In this document: one piece after another, positions 18,982-27,437 of the stretch
How positions within the stretch are numbered: position 1 is the stretch's first letter
Layout: each line of letters opens with the position of its first letter
Assembly (NCBI GenBank): GCA_964355115.1
Contig: CAYHCQ010000004.1
Coordinates: 1-57,594 of the forward strand
Direction: 5' to 3'
Source of the DNA: an uncultured Prolixibacteraceae bacterium
GTDB lineage: Bacteria > Bacteroidota > Bacteroidia > Bacteroidales > FEN-979
DNA: 57,594 bases
The notes under the pieces: model-generated
What the model was told of the DNA's origin: nothing
Seen by the model: the letters and a program-made list of their open reading frames with translations, nothing else
Database searches by the model: none
Program-made: the position numbers and the translations under genes

Positions 18982-19298
18982 TCTTCGCCTGAAAAAATAT
19001 TACCTGTTTTTGCGAAGCCTCTGAAAGAGCCGGCCGATGCTGTGTTTACCTGTGCCTGATCTTCAGCATTATTGCTGGTGGTGGCCACGCATCCTGTTTT
19101 AAAAATTTCGTTGATGTATTTGCTTTCCTTGCCGCTGCCAATGCCGGAGATCAAAACGGAATTTCCTTTTTCATAGGTATCAATTATGCGCAAGCCCACG
19201 GTAGGTGCTTATATGAAAATCCAGTCCCTGAGCATATCATCGTTTTCAACGGTTTCGCTAAGATCATCTTTCAAAGGCTGGGAGTCGATACCATGCAT

Positions 19299-19325
19299 AA
19301 AAAAAACTGTCAGATGACCTGACAG
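19299..19325 (-). terminator. Rho-independent terminator downstream of the 19349-19990 gene
   Basis: Perfect 7-bp stem CTGTCAG/CTGACAG (19307-19313 / 19319-19325) with a 5-nt loop, followed on the minus strand by a T8 tract (19299-19306). Confidence 0.6.
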
Positions 19326-19348
19326 CTTTTCCCGGACTTCAAAAGGCT

Positions 19349-19990
19349 CTATTTAAGCTGCTTGCAGACCAATTTCCCAACCTGTTTCCCGGCCATTTCA
19401 TAGCACTCCGCAATCCGGAGCGTTGCATCATAGGAGGTTTTATTAACCGAAACACCACCGACCGACATTTTCGGCTGGGCCTTGGGTTTGGCTCCTTCCA
19501 TTTCGATCGTTGCAATCACCTTATCCGGGGCAGAGGTTTCGACAAGGTCAATCTCCATATTAACAGATGCAGATTTTGCGGTTCCCATGACTACTGTTTC
19601 AACACCCTGCTCGACGAATACTATTCGCACAGCGAGGGTATATTTTGCCGAAGGATCTGATTTTCCGGAGAGACCGCAATCTCCAGCCTGATTGTTGAAA
19701 TCTTCTTCAAAGGCTGGTTGACATTTTTCTGCCTTTGCTGCATTCCAGCGGGAAACAAACTCATCGCCACTGCCCGGTGTTTTGGCATTTCTGTCGTCGG
19801 CAGTTTTTTTCAGGTATTCAGCTTCGGTTGCAAACTTTCCTACAGCCATTTTGCTGTAATTGTAAGTGATATTGATACGCTTTTCACCTTTTAAGGCACC
19901 AAGGCTGCCTGACTTGAGTTTCTGAGAGAATCCGTCACCTGCTGCGAGGAAAAGAACAGTTGCTGCCAGCAATATGGTTAACTTTTTCAT
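19349..19990 (-). CDS. Secreted hypothetical protein
   Basis: Start set at the internal ATG giving the signal peptide MKKLTILLAATVLFLAAGDGFSQ. No recognisable catalytic motif. Confidence 0.6.
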   Translation of the reverse strand: MKKLTILLAATVLFLAAGDGFSQKLKSGSLGALKGEKRINITYNYSKMAVGKFATEAEYLKKTADDRNAKTPGSGDEFVSRWNAAKAEKCQPAFEEDFNNQAGDCGLSGKSDPSAKYTLAVRIVFVEQGVETVVMGTAKSASVNMEIDLVETSAPDKVIATIEMEGAKPKAQPKMSVGGVSVNKTSYDATLRIAECYEMAGKQVGKLVCKQLK

Positions 19991-20078
19991 AGATTTGATT
20001 TTACTGGTTTTTACAATAATATTTATCACGACAAAATTACAATGAACAATTGCAAATTTAAAAAAAACGAAAAAAAAA

Positions 20079-21386
20079 TTACTTGTCCCGATTATCTATG
20101 AATTTCAGTGATTTGCGGCCTGATTCAGGAAATTGTATCCTGTTGATCTCTTCGGGAGATTTGAAATTAATCAGAGGCGCCACCCGCAATTTTGCCCGGA
20201 AATGGTCTTTGATATCTTTTTCCCGTTCTTCTGCAGGTTCCCTGGTGGCGACATGTATCAGGATCTCTTCGGTGCCTATTTCGTTGGTATAGACTTCGAC
20301 GATATAGCCGGAGATGAAGTCAATGTTATCAAGGATATCATACAAGGCAGGCGGGTAGAGAGTAGTCCCTTTGTACTTGATCATTTGGCTTTTCCTTCCC
20401 ACAACGGGTCCGAGGCGCATTGTGTTGCGGCCGCACCGGCAGGGTTCCATGTAGTGCGCACATACATCACCTGTGCGGAAACGAAGCAACGGCATTCCTT
20501 CAACACCAAGGGTGGTAACAGTGACCTCACCCAGTTCACCCTCATTAACAGGTTTGTCTTTATCATCGAGAAATTCGACAATGATCAGTTCAGGATGATG
20601 GTGGCCACCGATGCCCTCTGAACATTCGGCAAATGAGGTAGCCATTTCGGTGGATGCGTAGGTGGAATATAGTTTTAAAGGCCATTGTTCCAGAATTTTC
20701 CTGCCAAGGGTGTTGAGAGAAAAGTCTGGGTTACGAAGAGGTTCACCAATACAAATTGCCTTTTGCAGGCTGCTGGAGCGATAGTCGATATTATGCTGCT
20801 CTGCATATTCAATAACCTTTAGAATAAATGATGGTACTGCAACAATAGCGTTGGGTTTAATCCGCATGATGGTATCCCACTGCAGTTCCGGAATCCCGTT
20901 TCCGACGCGTACAATTCCTGCGCCAAGCATCCGGATGCCAAGGAAGTAGGCAAGTCCTGCCATAAACCTGCGGTCGAGGGTAATCATCAACTGGTAAATA
21001 TCCTCTGAGGAGCCACCTGCACAAACAAATGAGATGGCTTCGTTATAAGCCAGCCGATCCAGGTCCTTATCGGTCATTGAAAAGGTTACCGGATCACCGA
21101 GTGTTCCTGATGTTGTGATATAGTCGACAATTTTTCCCTGCGGAACGCAAAGGAAGTCATCATTGTGCTCTTGCAGGTCGCTTTTACCAGTTACAGGAAT
21201 GTTTACCAGGTCGTCGATTCCCCTTATTTTACCAGCATCTATTCGATTACGGCGAAACAGGGAGGAGTAGAACGGAGAATTTTTACTGAGAAATGGAAGC
21301 AATTCACGGAGTTTTTCATCCTGGAATGCCTTAATCTCCTTCGTTGACTGGCGCTCAATTTGTGGAACGAAGGTGGAATGGATCAT
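20079..21386 (-). CDS. Phenylacetate-CoA ligase-like adenylating enzyme (PaaK / F390 synthetase family)
   Basis: 435 aa. Motifs: ITTSGTLGDP (AMP-binding P-loop), YASTE, RFRTGD, and a C-terminal ACT-like tail as in PaaK. Confidence 0.85.
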   Translation of the reverse strand: MIHSTFVPQIERQSTKEIKAFQDEKLRELLPFLSKNSPFYSSLFRRNRIDAGKIRGIDDLVNIPVTGKSDLQEHNDDFLCVPQGKIVDYITTSGTLGDPVTFSMTDKDLDRLAYNEAISFVCAGGSSEDIYQLMITLDRRFMAGLAYFLGIRMLGAGIVRVGNGIPELQWDTIMRIKPNAIVAVPSFILKVIEYAEQHNIDYRSSSLQKAICIGEPLRNPDFSLNTLGRKILEQWPLKLYSTYASTEMATSFAECSEGIGGHHHPELIIVEFLDDKDKPVNEGELGEVTVTTLGVEGMPLLRFRTGDVCAHYMEPCRCGRNTMRLGPVVGRKSQMIKYKGTTLYPPALYDILDNIDFISGYIVEVYTNEIGTEEILIHVATREPAEEREKDIKDHFRAKLRVAPLINFKSPEEINRIQFPESGRKSLKFIDNRDK

Positions 21387-21403
21387 AAGAAAAAAACTTG
21401 GTG

Positions 21404-22123
21404 TTAGAACTTCAGTCCGACCAGAATACGGTAGGTGGAAACGTCGATGGTACGGTCATTGGGTTTCGTTTCGCTAACATTGTCGTAGGTCACATTCCCG
21501 AAATTATATTGTGCCGAAAAAACAGCAATTCTGTAGCGGAGGCTGATGCTGAACTCATTCTGAAGGTAGGTTACTCCGTACTTTGTCAATCGTTCATCGC
21601 TTATATTACCCCAGTCTCCGTAGTAATAGCAAAAGTTGGCATTCAGCTTATAACTCAGGTCTATCATGAGCTTGTCGATGGGGTTAATTGTGATAACAGG
21701 ACCGAATTTCTGTCCGCCAAAATAGTAATAATGTTCGGCAACATTTGTTTGGTCGCCGGTCGGATTTGTAGAATTAAAGGATACGGTAAGAAATGTCGCA
21801 TCGATCCCGGCACGGAGATGATTGTTTGCAAAGGCAGGTCCGATGTATATGAGATATCCGACATCCATACAGGCGCCGATCTTCGCGGGCAGGTATTCCA
21901 GTTCGACGACAGGAATTTCAGACTTATCAATAAAGGTTGTCCCTGTCGAAAATGAACCTGTCGGGAAAGAGGGTCCGAATTTCCAGTAAAACCCGCCGTG
22001 TATTGCGTTGGGTATAACCGGTTTCTGAACTTGCTGAGGCTGAGTCGCCTGCTGATCCTGGGCCTTTATAAAAATCGGAAGGCAGAGAAGGATTGCAAGG
22101 AGGATTGTTTGCGGGCTTTTCAT
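21404..22123 (-). CDS. Outer-membrane beta-barrel protein
   Basis: 239 aa. Has a signal peptide (LLCLPIFIKAQ), alternating aromatic/hydrophobic strands and a C-terminal beta-signal ending ...ILVGLKF. Confidence 0.65.
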   Translation of the reverse strand: MKSPQTILLAILLCLPIFIKAQDQQATQPQQVQKPVIPNAIHGGFYWKFGPSFPTGSFSTGTTFIDKSEIPVVELEYLPAKIGACMDVGYLIYIGPAFANNHLRAGIDATFLTVSFNSTNPTGDQTNVAEHYYYFGGQKFGPVITINPIDKLMIDLSYKLNANFCYYYGDWGNISDERLTKYGVTYLQNEFSISLRYRIAVFSAQYNFGNVTYDNVSETKPNDRTIDVSTYRILVGLKF

Positions 22124-22193
22124 AAAGTGAATATTAATGACTCTGGATTAGTAATTTCAAAATTACAAAAAAAACAATTGCTAAAGGAAGTTG

Positions 22194-23264
22194 TCAGGGT
22201 ACGAGGGTGCGCTGATAACGAAAATAATCCATATATGTTGGCAGGCCTTCTACGATTTGCCGTCGGTCCTCTTCACAAACCAAAAACGAATTTTTCCGGA
22301 AAGTTCCGTTGGATTCAAGAAAAGCCTCTATTTTCTCTAAAAGGGAGGAGGAACAGGGCAGTCCGATGGCGGTGTAGATACGCTTTATCTCCTCCGCCGG
22401 ATTGGCTTCAAGGTCTTCGAACCGAACGGAGGTATGACGACTTTTATCCAATGCTGCCAGGTCCTTTGTGATAGTGTTATGCATGGCCTCAATACCTGCA
22501 ACAACATCACCGGTCTTCGGTTTACAGAACAGATTATTGAGGGAATTCTGCTGCTGAACAATATCCCACATATTTATCGTTGATGGTACAACATCTAAAG
22601 GATTACGTCCTATGTGGATGAATCTTGCCTCCGGGAACAACTTGTCAAGTATCGGGATCCGCAGTGAATTGAAGGGATTTTTTGATACGATGGTTTTCCC
22701 GGTTTTAAAATAGAGTTTCCGGTAAAAGGTTGAAACAGCTTTTGACCAGTGTTCGATTTTCCCAGGGGGCGGCATGAAATCTCCCTCCCGAAGCAGGAAG
22801 TAGTTCCGATTTTTCGGAAACACAATATTTTCGAGGGGAGAGCAATCCGTGATCCGGTAAATAGCATATTCATCCTCCTGCGGCTCATCCATTCCAAGCT
22901 TCACCATATCCATAGGCCTGTGCTTCCCGACCATGGTTTTGAATATTGGTTTGTAGTAGTTATAGGAAACCAGGAAACTGTCAGGCACTGCAACCTGGAA
23001 GAGGGTGGGAGCAGCGAGGTTGGGATCGAGGCTCATCAGCTGATGCAGAAATGTTGATCCGGTGCGCCAGTGTCCGATAATAAATATGGGATCGGCGGGG
23101 ATTGGAGTTTTATCAATTGCGGATGAGTACCTGACCTTTTCAATCAGTGAGAAAAGCCCCGACCACAGTGAGCTTTGAATAAGAAACAGTATTCTGAGAA
23201 TTGCCTGTGGGTTTGAACTGATCCTGTTCCTCCTGATAAGACGAAACAACTGACCGGATTTCAT
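22194..23264 (-). CDS. Sulfotransferase family protein
   Basis: The 5'-PSB motif IIGHWRTGSTFLHQLM is present, plus a later RNPLDV... region. The track ORF starts at a TTG (23291). I prefer the ATG at 23264 (MKSGQLFRL...), so the start is uncertain. Confidence 0.8.
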   Translation of the reverse strand: MKSGQLFRLIRRNRISSNPQAILRILFLIQSSLWSGLFSLIEKVRYSSAIDKTPIPADPIFIIGHWRTGSTFLHQLMSLDPNLAAPTLFQVAVPDSFLVSYNYYKPIFKTMVGKHRPMDMVKLGMDEPQEDEYAIYRITDCSPLENIVFPKNRNYFLLREGDFMPPPGKIEHWSKAVSTFYRKLYFKTGKTIVSKNPFNSLRIPILDKLFPEARFIHIGRNPLDVVPSTINMWDIVQQQNSLNNLFCKPKTGDVVAGIEAMHNTITKDLAALDKSRHTSVRFEDLEANPAEEIKRIYTAIGLPCSSSLLEKIEAFLESNGTFRKNSFLVCEEDRRQIVEGLPTYMDYFRYQRTLVP

Positions 23265-23297
23265 CCCGGCTGTCAGGTAGGAGTTTTTCAAGGGTGC

Positions 23298-23588
23298 TCA
23301 GGTATTATTGATCGCTTTGGCTCTTTCTTCGGTTATAAACCCTGCAATGCTGTTTACGGAACGAATGACTTCGCGAGCCAGATTCTGGTCAGCAATGCGT
23401 ATGCCATATTCACGCTGGATGGCCATAATGATTTCGATTGCATCTACCGAATCGAGGGTAAGTGCGTTGTCACCGCCGAAAAGCGGTTTCTCATCATCCA
23501 CCTCTGCTGGGTTCACTTCGGTAATACCCAAAGTGCTCATTATAAGATTTTTAATCTCGAGTTTTAATTCATCGGAAGGTATCGGCAT
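23298..23588 (-). CDS. Acyl carrier protein
   Basis: 96 aa. Phosphopantetheine attachment motif LTLDSVDAIEIIM. Confidence 0.85.
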   Translation of the reverse strand: MPIPSDELKLEIKNLIMSTLGITEVNPAEVDDEKPLFGGDNALTLDSVDAIEIIMAIQREYGIRIADQNLAREVIRSVNSIAGFITEERAKAINNT

Positions 23589-23611
23589 AATCGTTTCTGC
23601 TAAATGGTAAT

Positions 23612-24616
23612 TTACTTAATTGTTGCGGCGAGCCGTTTAAAAAATTGCTCCTCCACGTCTGCCCGTTCGGTTAACATTTCGCTAAGATGTTTCAGTTTTT
23701 CAGGTCCCAGATCACGGTTCTTCCCGATCCGGGCAGTAAAGAGTGATATCTCGCGCCACCCGTCACCTATTTCCATCAATTCACGGGAGAGGATTTTCAA
23801 CTCCGGCTTATTGATGATATCTGAGGCCTGTTGAAGGAAAGTGGCGTACATAAAACGGAATCCGGCGCCACCTGTGCCCTGATCTTCGAGCAGGATGTTG
23901 ATCTTCATGATCTCGTGCGACAGGTGTTCCGTATCTCTTGCTAATTTAGGCCAATCCATCACTTTTTTCGAAAAGGTACGGATACCTTTGACACCTAAAA
24001 AAGGGATGGGTATTTTAAGCATATTGAAGCAGGATTTCTTTATCCCCTTCCTGATGGCTGTGTCGTAATCGATATAAACGGGAACATACCTGGGATAAAA
24101 GATAAATCCTTTTGGCGACATGTTGCCCCCGGCGAATCGCCCTTTTTCCAGGGATGCTGCTTCGAGGGTAACAGTGGTGGGGAAATATGCATCGCTGATG
24201 GTGTATGTCGATCCTACCTTGCCGAGTACAGTAATGTAGTGAACATTAATATGCACTCTCTCCCAGGAGGGAAGATAATCCATGTAGAAGAAATCGACCT
24301 GGCAACCAACGGGAATCCCCTTTTCAAGCAGGTCGTCGAGGGCCTTCATCCCATCGGCAGGCTTTTTAAAATCCCTCGTCTCAAAGCGGACTCCGGTACG
24401 TTTTGCAATGTTTCTGCGTATCTGTCCCGGTTTGTTCCTCACGATAAAGGTGGGAAAGGTGAAGGCCTTCATTTTATGAAAATAGCCGAAGAAAATACCA
24501 CTGGCAATTCCAAACACGAGAGGTTCCGAGATTTCCAGTCCGGCATGGTTAAGCAGTCCGGTTACAGTACCTGACTCGCAATGGGCGCCCATTTTATGTT
24601 TGAAATTATCCACCAT
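23612..24616 (-). CDS. BtrH N-terminal domain-like (papain-fold) protein, putative ACP-dependent acyl/aminoacyl transferase
   Basis: 334 aa. The N-terminus KMGAHCESGTVTGLLNHAGLEISEPLVFGIASG resembles the BtrH_N Cys-nucleophile region. Assignment is from memory of that family. Confidence 0.55.
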   Translation of the reverse strand: MVDNFKHKMGAHCESGTVTGLLNHAGLEISEPLVFGIASGIFFGYFHKMKAFTFPTFIVRNKPGQIRRNIAKRTGVRFETRDFKKPADGMKALDDLLEKGIPVGCQVDFFYMDYLPSWERVHINVHYITVLGKVGSTYTISDAYFPTTVTLEAASLEKGRFAGGNMSPKGFIFYPRYVPVYIDYDTAIRKGIKKSCFNMLKIPIPFLGVKGIRTFSKKVMDWPKLARDTEHLSHEIMKINILLEDQGTGGAGFRFMYATFLQQASDIINKPELKILSRELMEIGDGWREISLFTARIGKNRDLGPEKLKHLSEMLTERADVEEQFFKRLAATIK

Positions 24617-25050
24617 TATTCTGTCCTCTCCTCTGTATTAACAGGTTCTGCCTGATTTTCAGCTTTTGCGTTCAACAGTTGAAGCATATCTGCGGTAGTG
24701 ACATTGAACACTGCGGAATACCTGCCCAACTCGGCAACCGTCATGGTTCCAAAATATCGCATTTCCATGTGCCTCTGAACTTTCGATGTGCGGATTCCGG
24801 TTCTTGCCGAAAGTTCTGAAATGCTTAGGTCCTCCAGTACCATATAATACTTCACCGGGCTGATCGACCCGTCGATTACCTGACCGCGCAGGCTATCTTC
24901 AAGGTTTCGCCGTTTAAAAAAATAATCGTCCAGATAATTGGCTGAAATATAGGATCCTGTCTGCATGGGGCCATAGGTACCATCCTCTTTTTCAACATAA
25001 ACGATCACCTGCTGTTCAGGGCAATCCACGAATCCATCTTTTTCTTTCAT
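24616..25050 (-). CDS. Hypothetical protein with HTH-like segment
   Basis: 144 aa. LSISELSARTGIRTSKVQRHM looks like an XRE-type helix-turn-helix. It has a 1-nt TAATG overlap with the downstream gene. Confidence 0.45.
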   Translation of the reverse strand: MKEKDGFVDCPEQQVIVYVEKEDGTYGPMQTGSYISANYLDDYFFKRRNLEDSLRGQVIDGSISPVKYYMVLEDLSISELSARTGIRTSKVQRHMEMRYFGTMTVAELGRYSAVFNVTTADMLQLLNAKAENQAEPVNTEERTE

Positions 25051-25071
25051 GTATCCGGGTTAAGGAATTAT

Positions 25072-26262
25072 TTACTGTTTCCTGTTTGCAAAAATAACAA
25101 TGCTGACCATCATAGCAAAAACAAAAAAGGAAAGAAGCAGTAATGACCTTGGAAGAATGGTAAGAACGGTGCCTTCCCGAATAAAAATATCCAGGTAATT
25201 ATCAATTCCCCAACGAATTGGAGAAAGATAACTCAGGTATTGAATAAACTCAGGCATGATGTGAATGGGCAGAAAGGTACCACTGATAATACCCAGGAGA
25301 ACAACCATCACCGAACCGAACAATGCAGCCTGGTTGTGGGTTGATGAAACTGCGCCCACAATGGTGCCGAAACCTATGGCAGCAAACGAAGCAGCAACCG
25401 TTGCCAGGGCAATGGCTCCCCAGGAACTTCCCAACTCAAGTCCGGGCAGGCCAAAAAATGTTGGAAATGCCCAGCAACCGACAAGGAGCATGACGATGAA
25501 CTGGAGAAGGCAAACCAGAAGGTAAAGCGATATTTTCCCCGAAAGAATTGTAAGGACTCCAACCGGGAGTGTTCTCAACCGCTGGTAACCACCCTCGTTT
25601 TTTTCGCTGATAAGGCTGCCGGAAAGAGGAATTACAATAAAGAACATGGCAAACAGGATGAACCCGGGCACATTGTTCTGGATTGGACTCGGGTTTGATG
25701 CAGATTTATCATTTACTGCGAATGCTTCCTGCACTGGCAGAAGGTTTTTCAGGGTATTGCTGATCATTGTTTCGATAACGGGCTTCATATCACCGGCTGT
25801 GGCTGCAAGCAAATCTTCAATTGCGCTACGGCTTTGTGTGCCCCGGATGATGTAGGTCAGTGAATTTACAAGGGCCCTACGGTAAGCTGGCTGCAGTGCA
25901 GGGTCGACCATGATGACAATGGCTGAATCAGTGGGTTTTAAGATGATTCCGAATTTGAAATTTCCGGCTGCAAGTTGTCGCTGCACCTCTTCAATGGTAA
26001 CCTGTTTGCCTTCAACCGACCTCACTGTCAGGAACATGCCCGATGAATCCAGGTTGTTGGCCAGGCTGGCAGAAAAAGGTGAGTTCAGACCATCCGCAAA
26101 TAAAACTGGCATTACCGCTCCCTGGTTTTTCAGTGCGTTTTCCTGGGCAAGGGTGACCACCAGGATCAGGAGTACGGGCATAAGAAACAGGATTGCGAGT
26201 CCGGGCAGGTCGCGTATCAGTAGCAGAATCTCCTTTTGAAGGGTGGCCAAAAACTTATGCAT
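25072..26262 (-). CDS. ABC-2 type transporter permease
   Basis: 396 aa. One N-terminal TM, a large extracytoplasmic loop, then 5 clustered TM helices, which is the ABC-2 topology. Confidence 0.7.
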   Translation of the reverse strand: MHKFLATLQKEILLLIRDLPGLAILFLMPVLLILVVTLAQENALKNQGAVMPVLFADGLNSPFSASLANNLDSSGMFLTVRSVEGKQVTIEEVQRQLAAGNFKFGIILKPTDSAIVIMVDPALQPAYRRALVNSLTYIIRGTQSRSAIEDLLAATAGDMKPVIETMISNTLKNLLPVQEAFAVNDKSASNPSPIQNNVPGFILFAMFFIVIPLSGSLISEKNEGGYQRLRTLPVGVLTILSGKISLYLLVCLLQFIVMLLVGCWAFPTFFGLPGLELGSSWGAIALATVAASFAAIGFGTIVGAVSSTHNQAALFGSVMVVLLGIISGTFLPIHIMPEFIQYLSYLSPIRWGIDNYLDIFIREGTVLTILPRSLLLLSFFVFAMMVSIVIFANRKQ

Positions 26263-27373
26263 GTCCCGGTAATGTTATCGGCATAGCCTCAATCAGGCAG
26301 ATGGGCGCAATTGTCCGGATGATCCTGTTTATCCGGAAACCTGACCGGGAAAGCAGGGATTCAAATTCTTTGCGGGTTCGTTCTTTACCACCCTGCATGC
26401 AGGCAAGCATCTGAATGTCGAGGAGGGGGGCAAGGGAAGGGGTATTAACTGTTTCAACAACCATGTCGATGATAAGAATCCGCGCCTCTGGTTTAATGGC
26501 TTGACTTACAACCTTTAACATCCTGATACAATCCTCATCATTCCAGTTGTGAATGATATTTTTGAGGATGTAAAGGTCACCTTCAGCCGGTATTCCGGAG
26601 AAGAAATCCCCCGTCCTGATTTCAACCCTGGAACTCACATCGAAAGCTGCCAGCATTTTCATGGTCTTAACAACTGCTTCGGGCAGATCGAAGAGTATGC
26701 CGCGGGCCGCGGGGATGCGGGTTATAATGTTGGCCAGCAAAAATCCCTCTCCGCCACCGAGATCGACGATGGTTTTATAGGGTGTAAAATCGTATGAATT
26801 TAACACCGGTGCCAGCCCAAGGTCCGACAGGTTTGACATGGATCTGTCGAACAAGACGTACTCCTCGGGATGTTGCTGCAGGTAGTCATAGATCGGCAAT
26901 CCGTAACGGTCGGCAAATGGGTCGTTGCCTGACTTTACCGCGACCATCAGGTTGCTCATCAGGTTCCAGTTTACCGGACCCAGGTGGTGAAGCAGGGTGT
27001 GCCGGAGTGAGCCAGGGGTATCCAGAAGTCCCGTTGCCATAGGGGTAAGCCGGAAATGGCGCTCTTTGAGTTCCCTGAATATTCCCTGGCTTGAGAGCGC
27101 CCTTAGAACCCGGTATAAGGCGGCAGAGTCAGCGCCCACCTCTTTGGCGATTTCGGCGACGGATTTGGGTCCATTTTTCAACGCTCCTGCAATGTCGAGA
27201 CTGGCGGCGACATAAAGAGACGGTAACAGCCAGAAATTCTGAAACTGTTCGTAAAGGACAACATTTCCCGGGAACAGCCGCCTATTCAGCGACAGCAACG
27301 CATTCCGAAACAGGTTAACGCCCTTGACGAGCCAAACGGGAGGAAGCTTCGGAAGTTTTGCAGGCCTGTTCAT
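26255..27373 (-). CDS. SAM-dependent O-methyltransferase (dimerisation domain + Methyltransf_2 type)
   Basis: SAM motif I is IVDLGGGEGFLL, followed by DLPEAV, GDFF, YILKNIIHNW. Start set to the ATG at 27373 (the track uses a GTG two codons upstream). Confidence 0.85.
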   Translation of the reverse strand: MNRPAKLPKLPPVWLVKGVNLFRNALLSLNRRLFPGNVVLYEQFQNFWLLPSLYVAASLDIAGALKNGPKSVAEIAKEVGADSAALYRVLRALSSQGIFRELKERHFRLTPMATGLLDTPGSLRHTLLHHLGPVNWNLMSNLMVAVKSGNDPFADRYGLPIYDYLQQHPEEYVLFDRSMSNLSDLGLAPVLNSYDFTPYKTIVDLGGGEGFLLANIITRIPAARGILFDLPEAVVKTMKMLAAFDVSSRVEIRTGDFFSGIPAEGDLYILKNIIHNWNDEDCIRMLKVVSQAIKPEARILIIDMVVETVNTPSLAPLLDIQMLACMQGGKERTRKEFESLLSRSGFRINRIIRTIAPICLIEAMPITLPGHA

Positions 27374-27437
27374 GCACACAATTTACTTCGCGAAAATACG
27401 AAGGATAATTGAAAAAAGAGGGGTATCTGATGAAGGA

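Noticed and set aside
18982-19030. Possible terminator after the amidohydrolase (CTTCGC ... GCGAAG).
   Set aside because: The 6-bp arms are separated by a loop of about 23 nt, and no T-tract follows on the plus strand. It is not a convincing intrinsic terminator.
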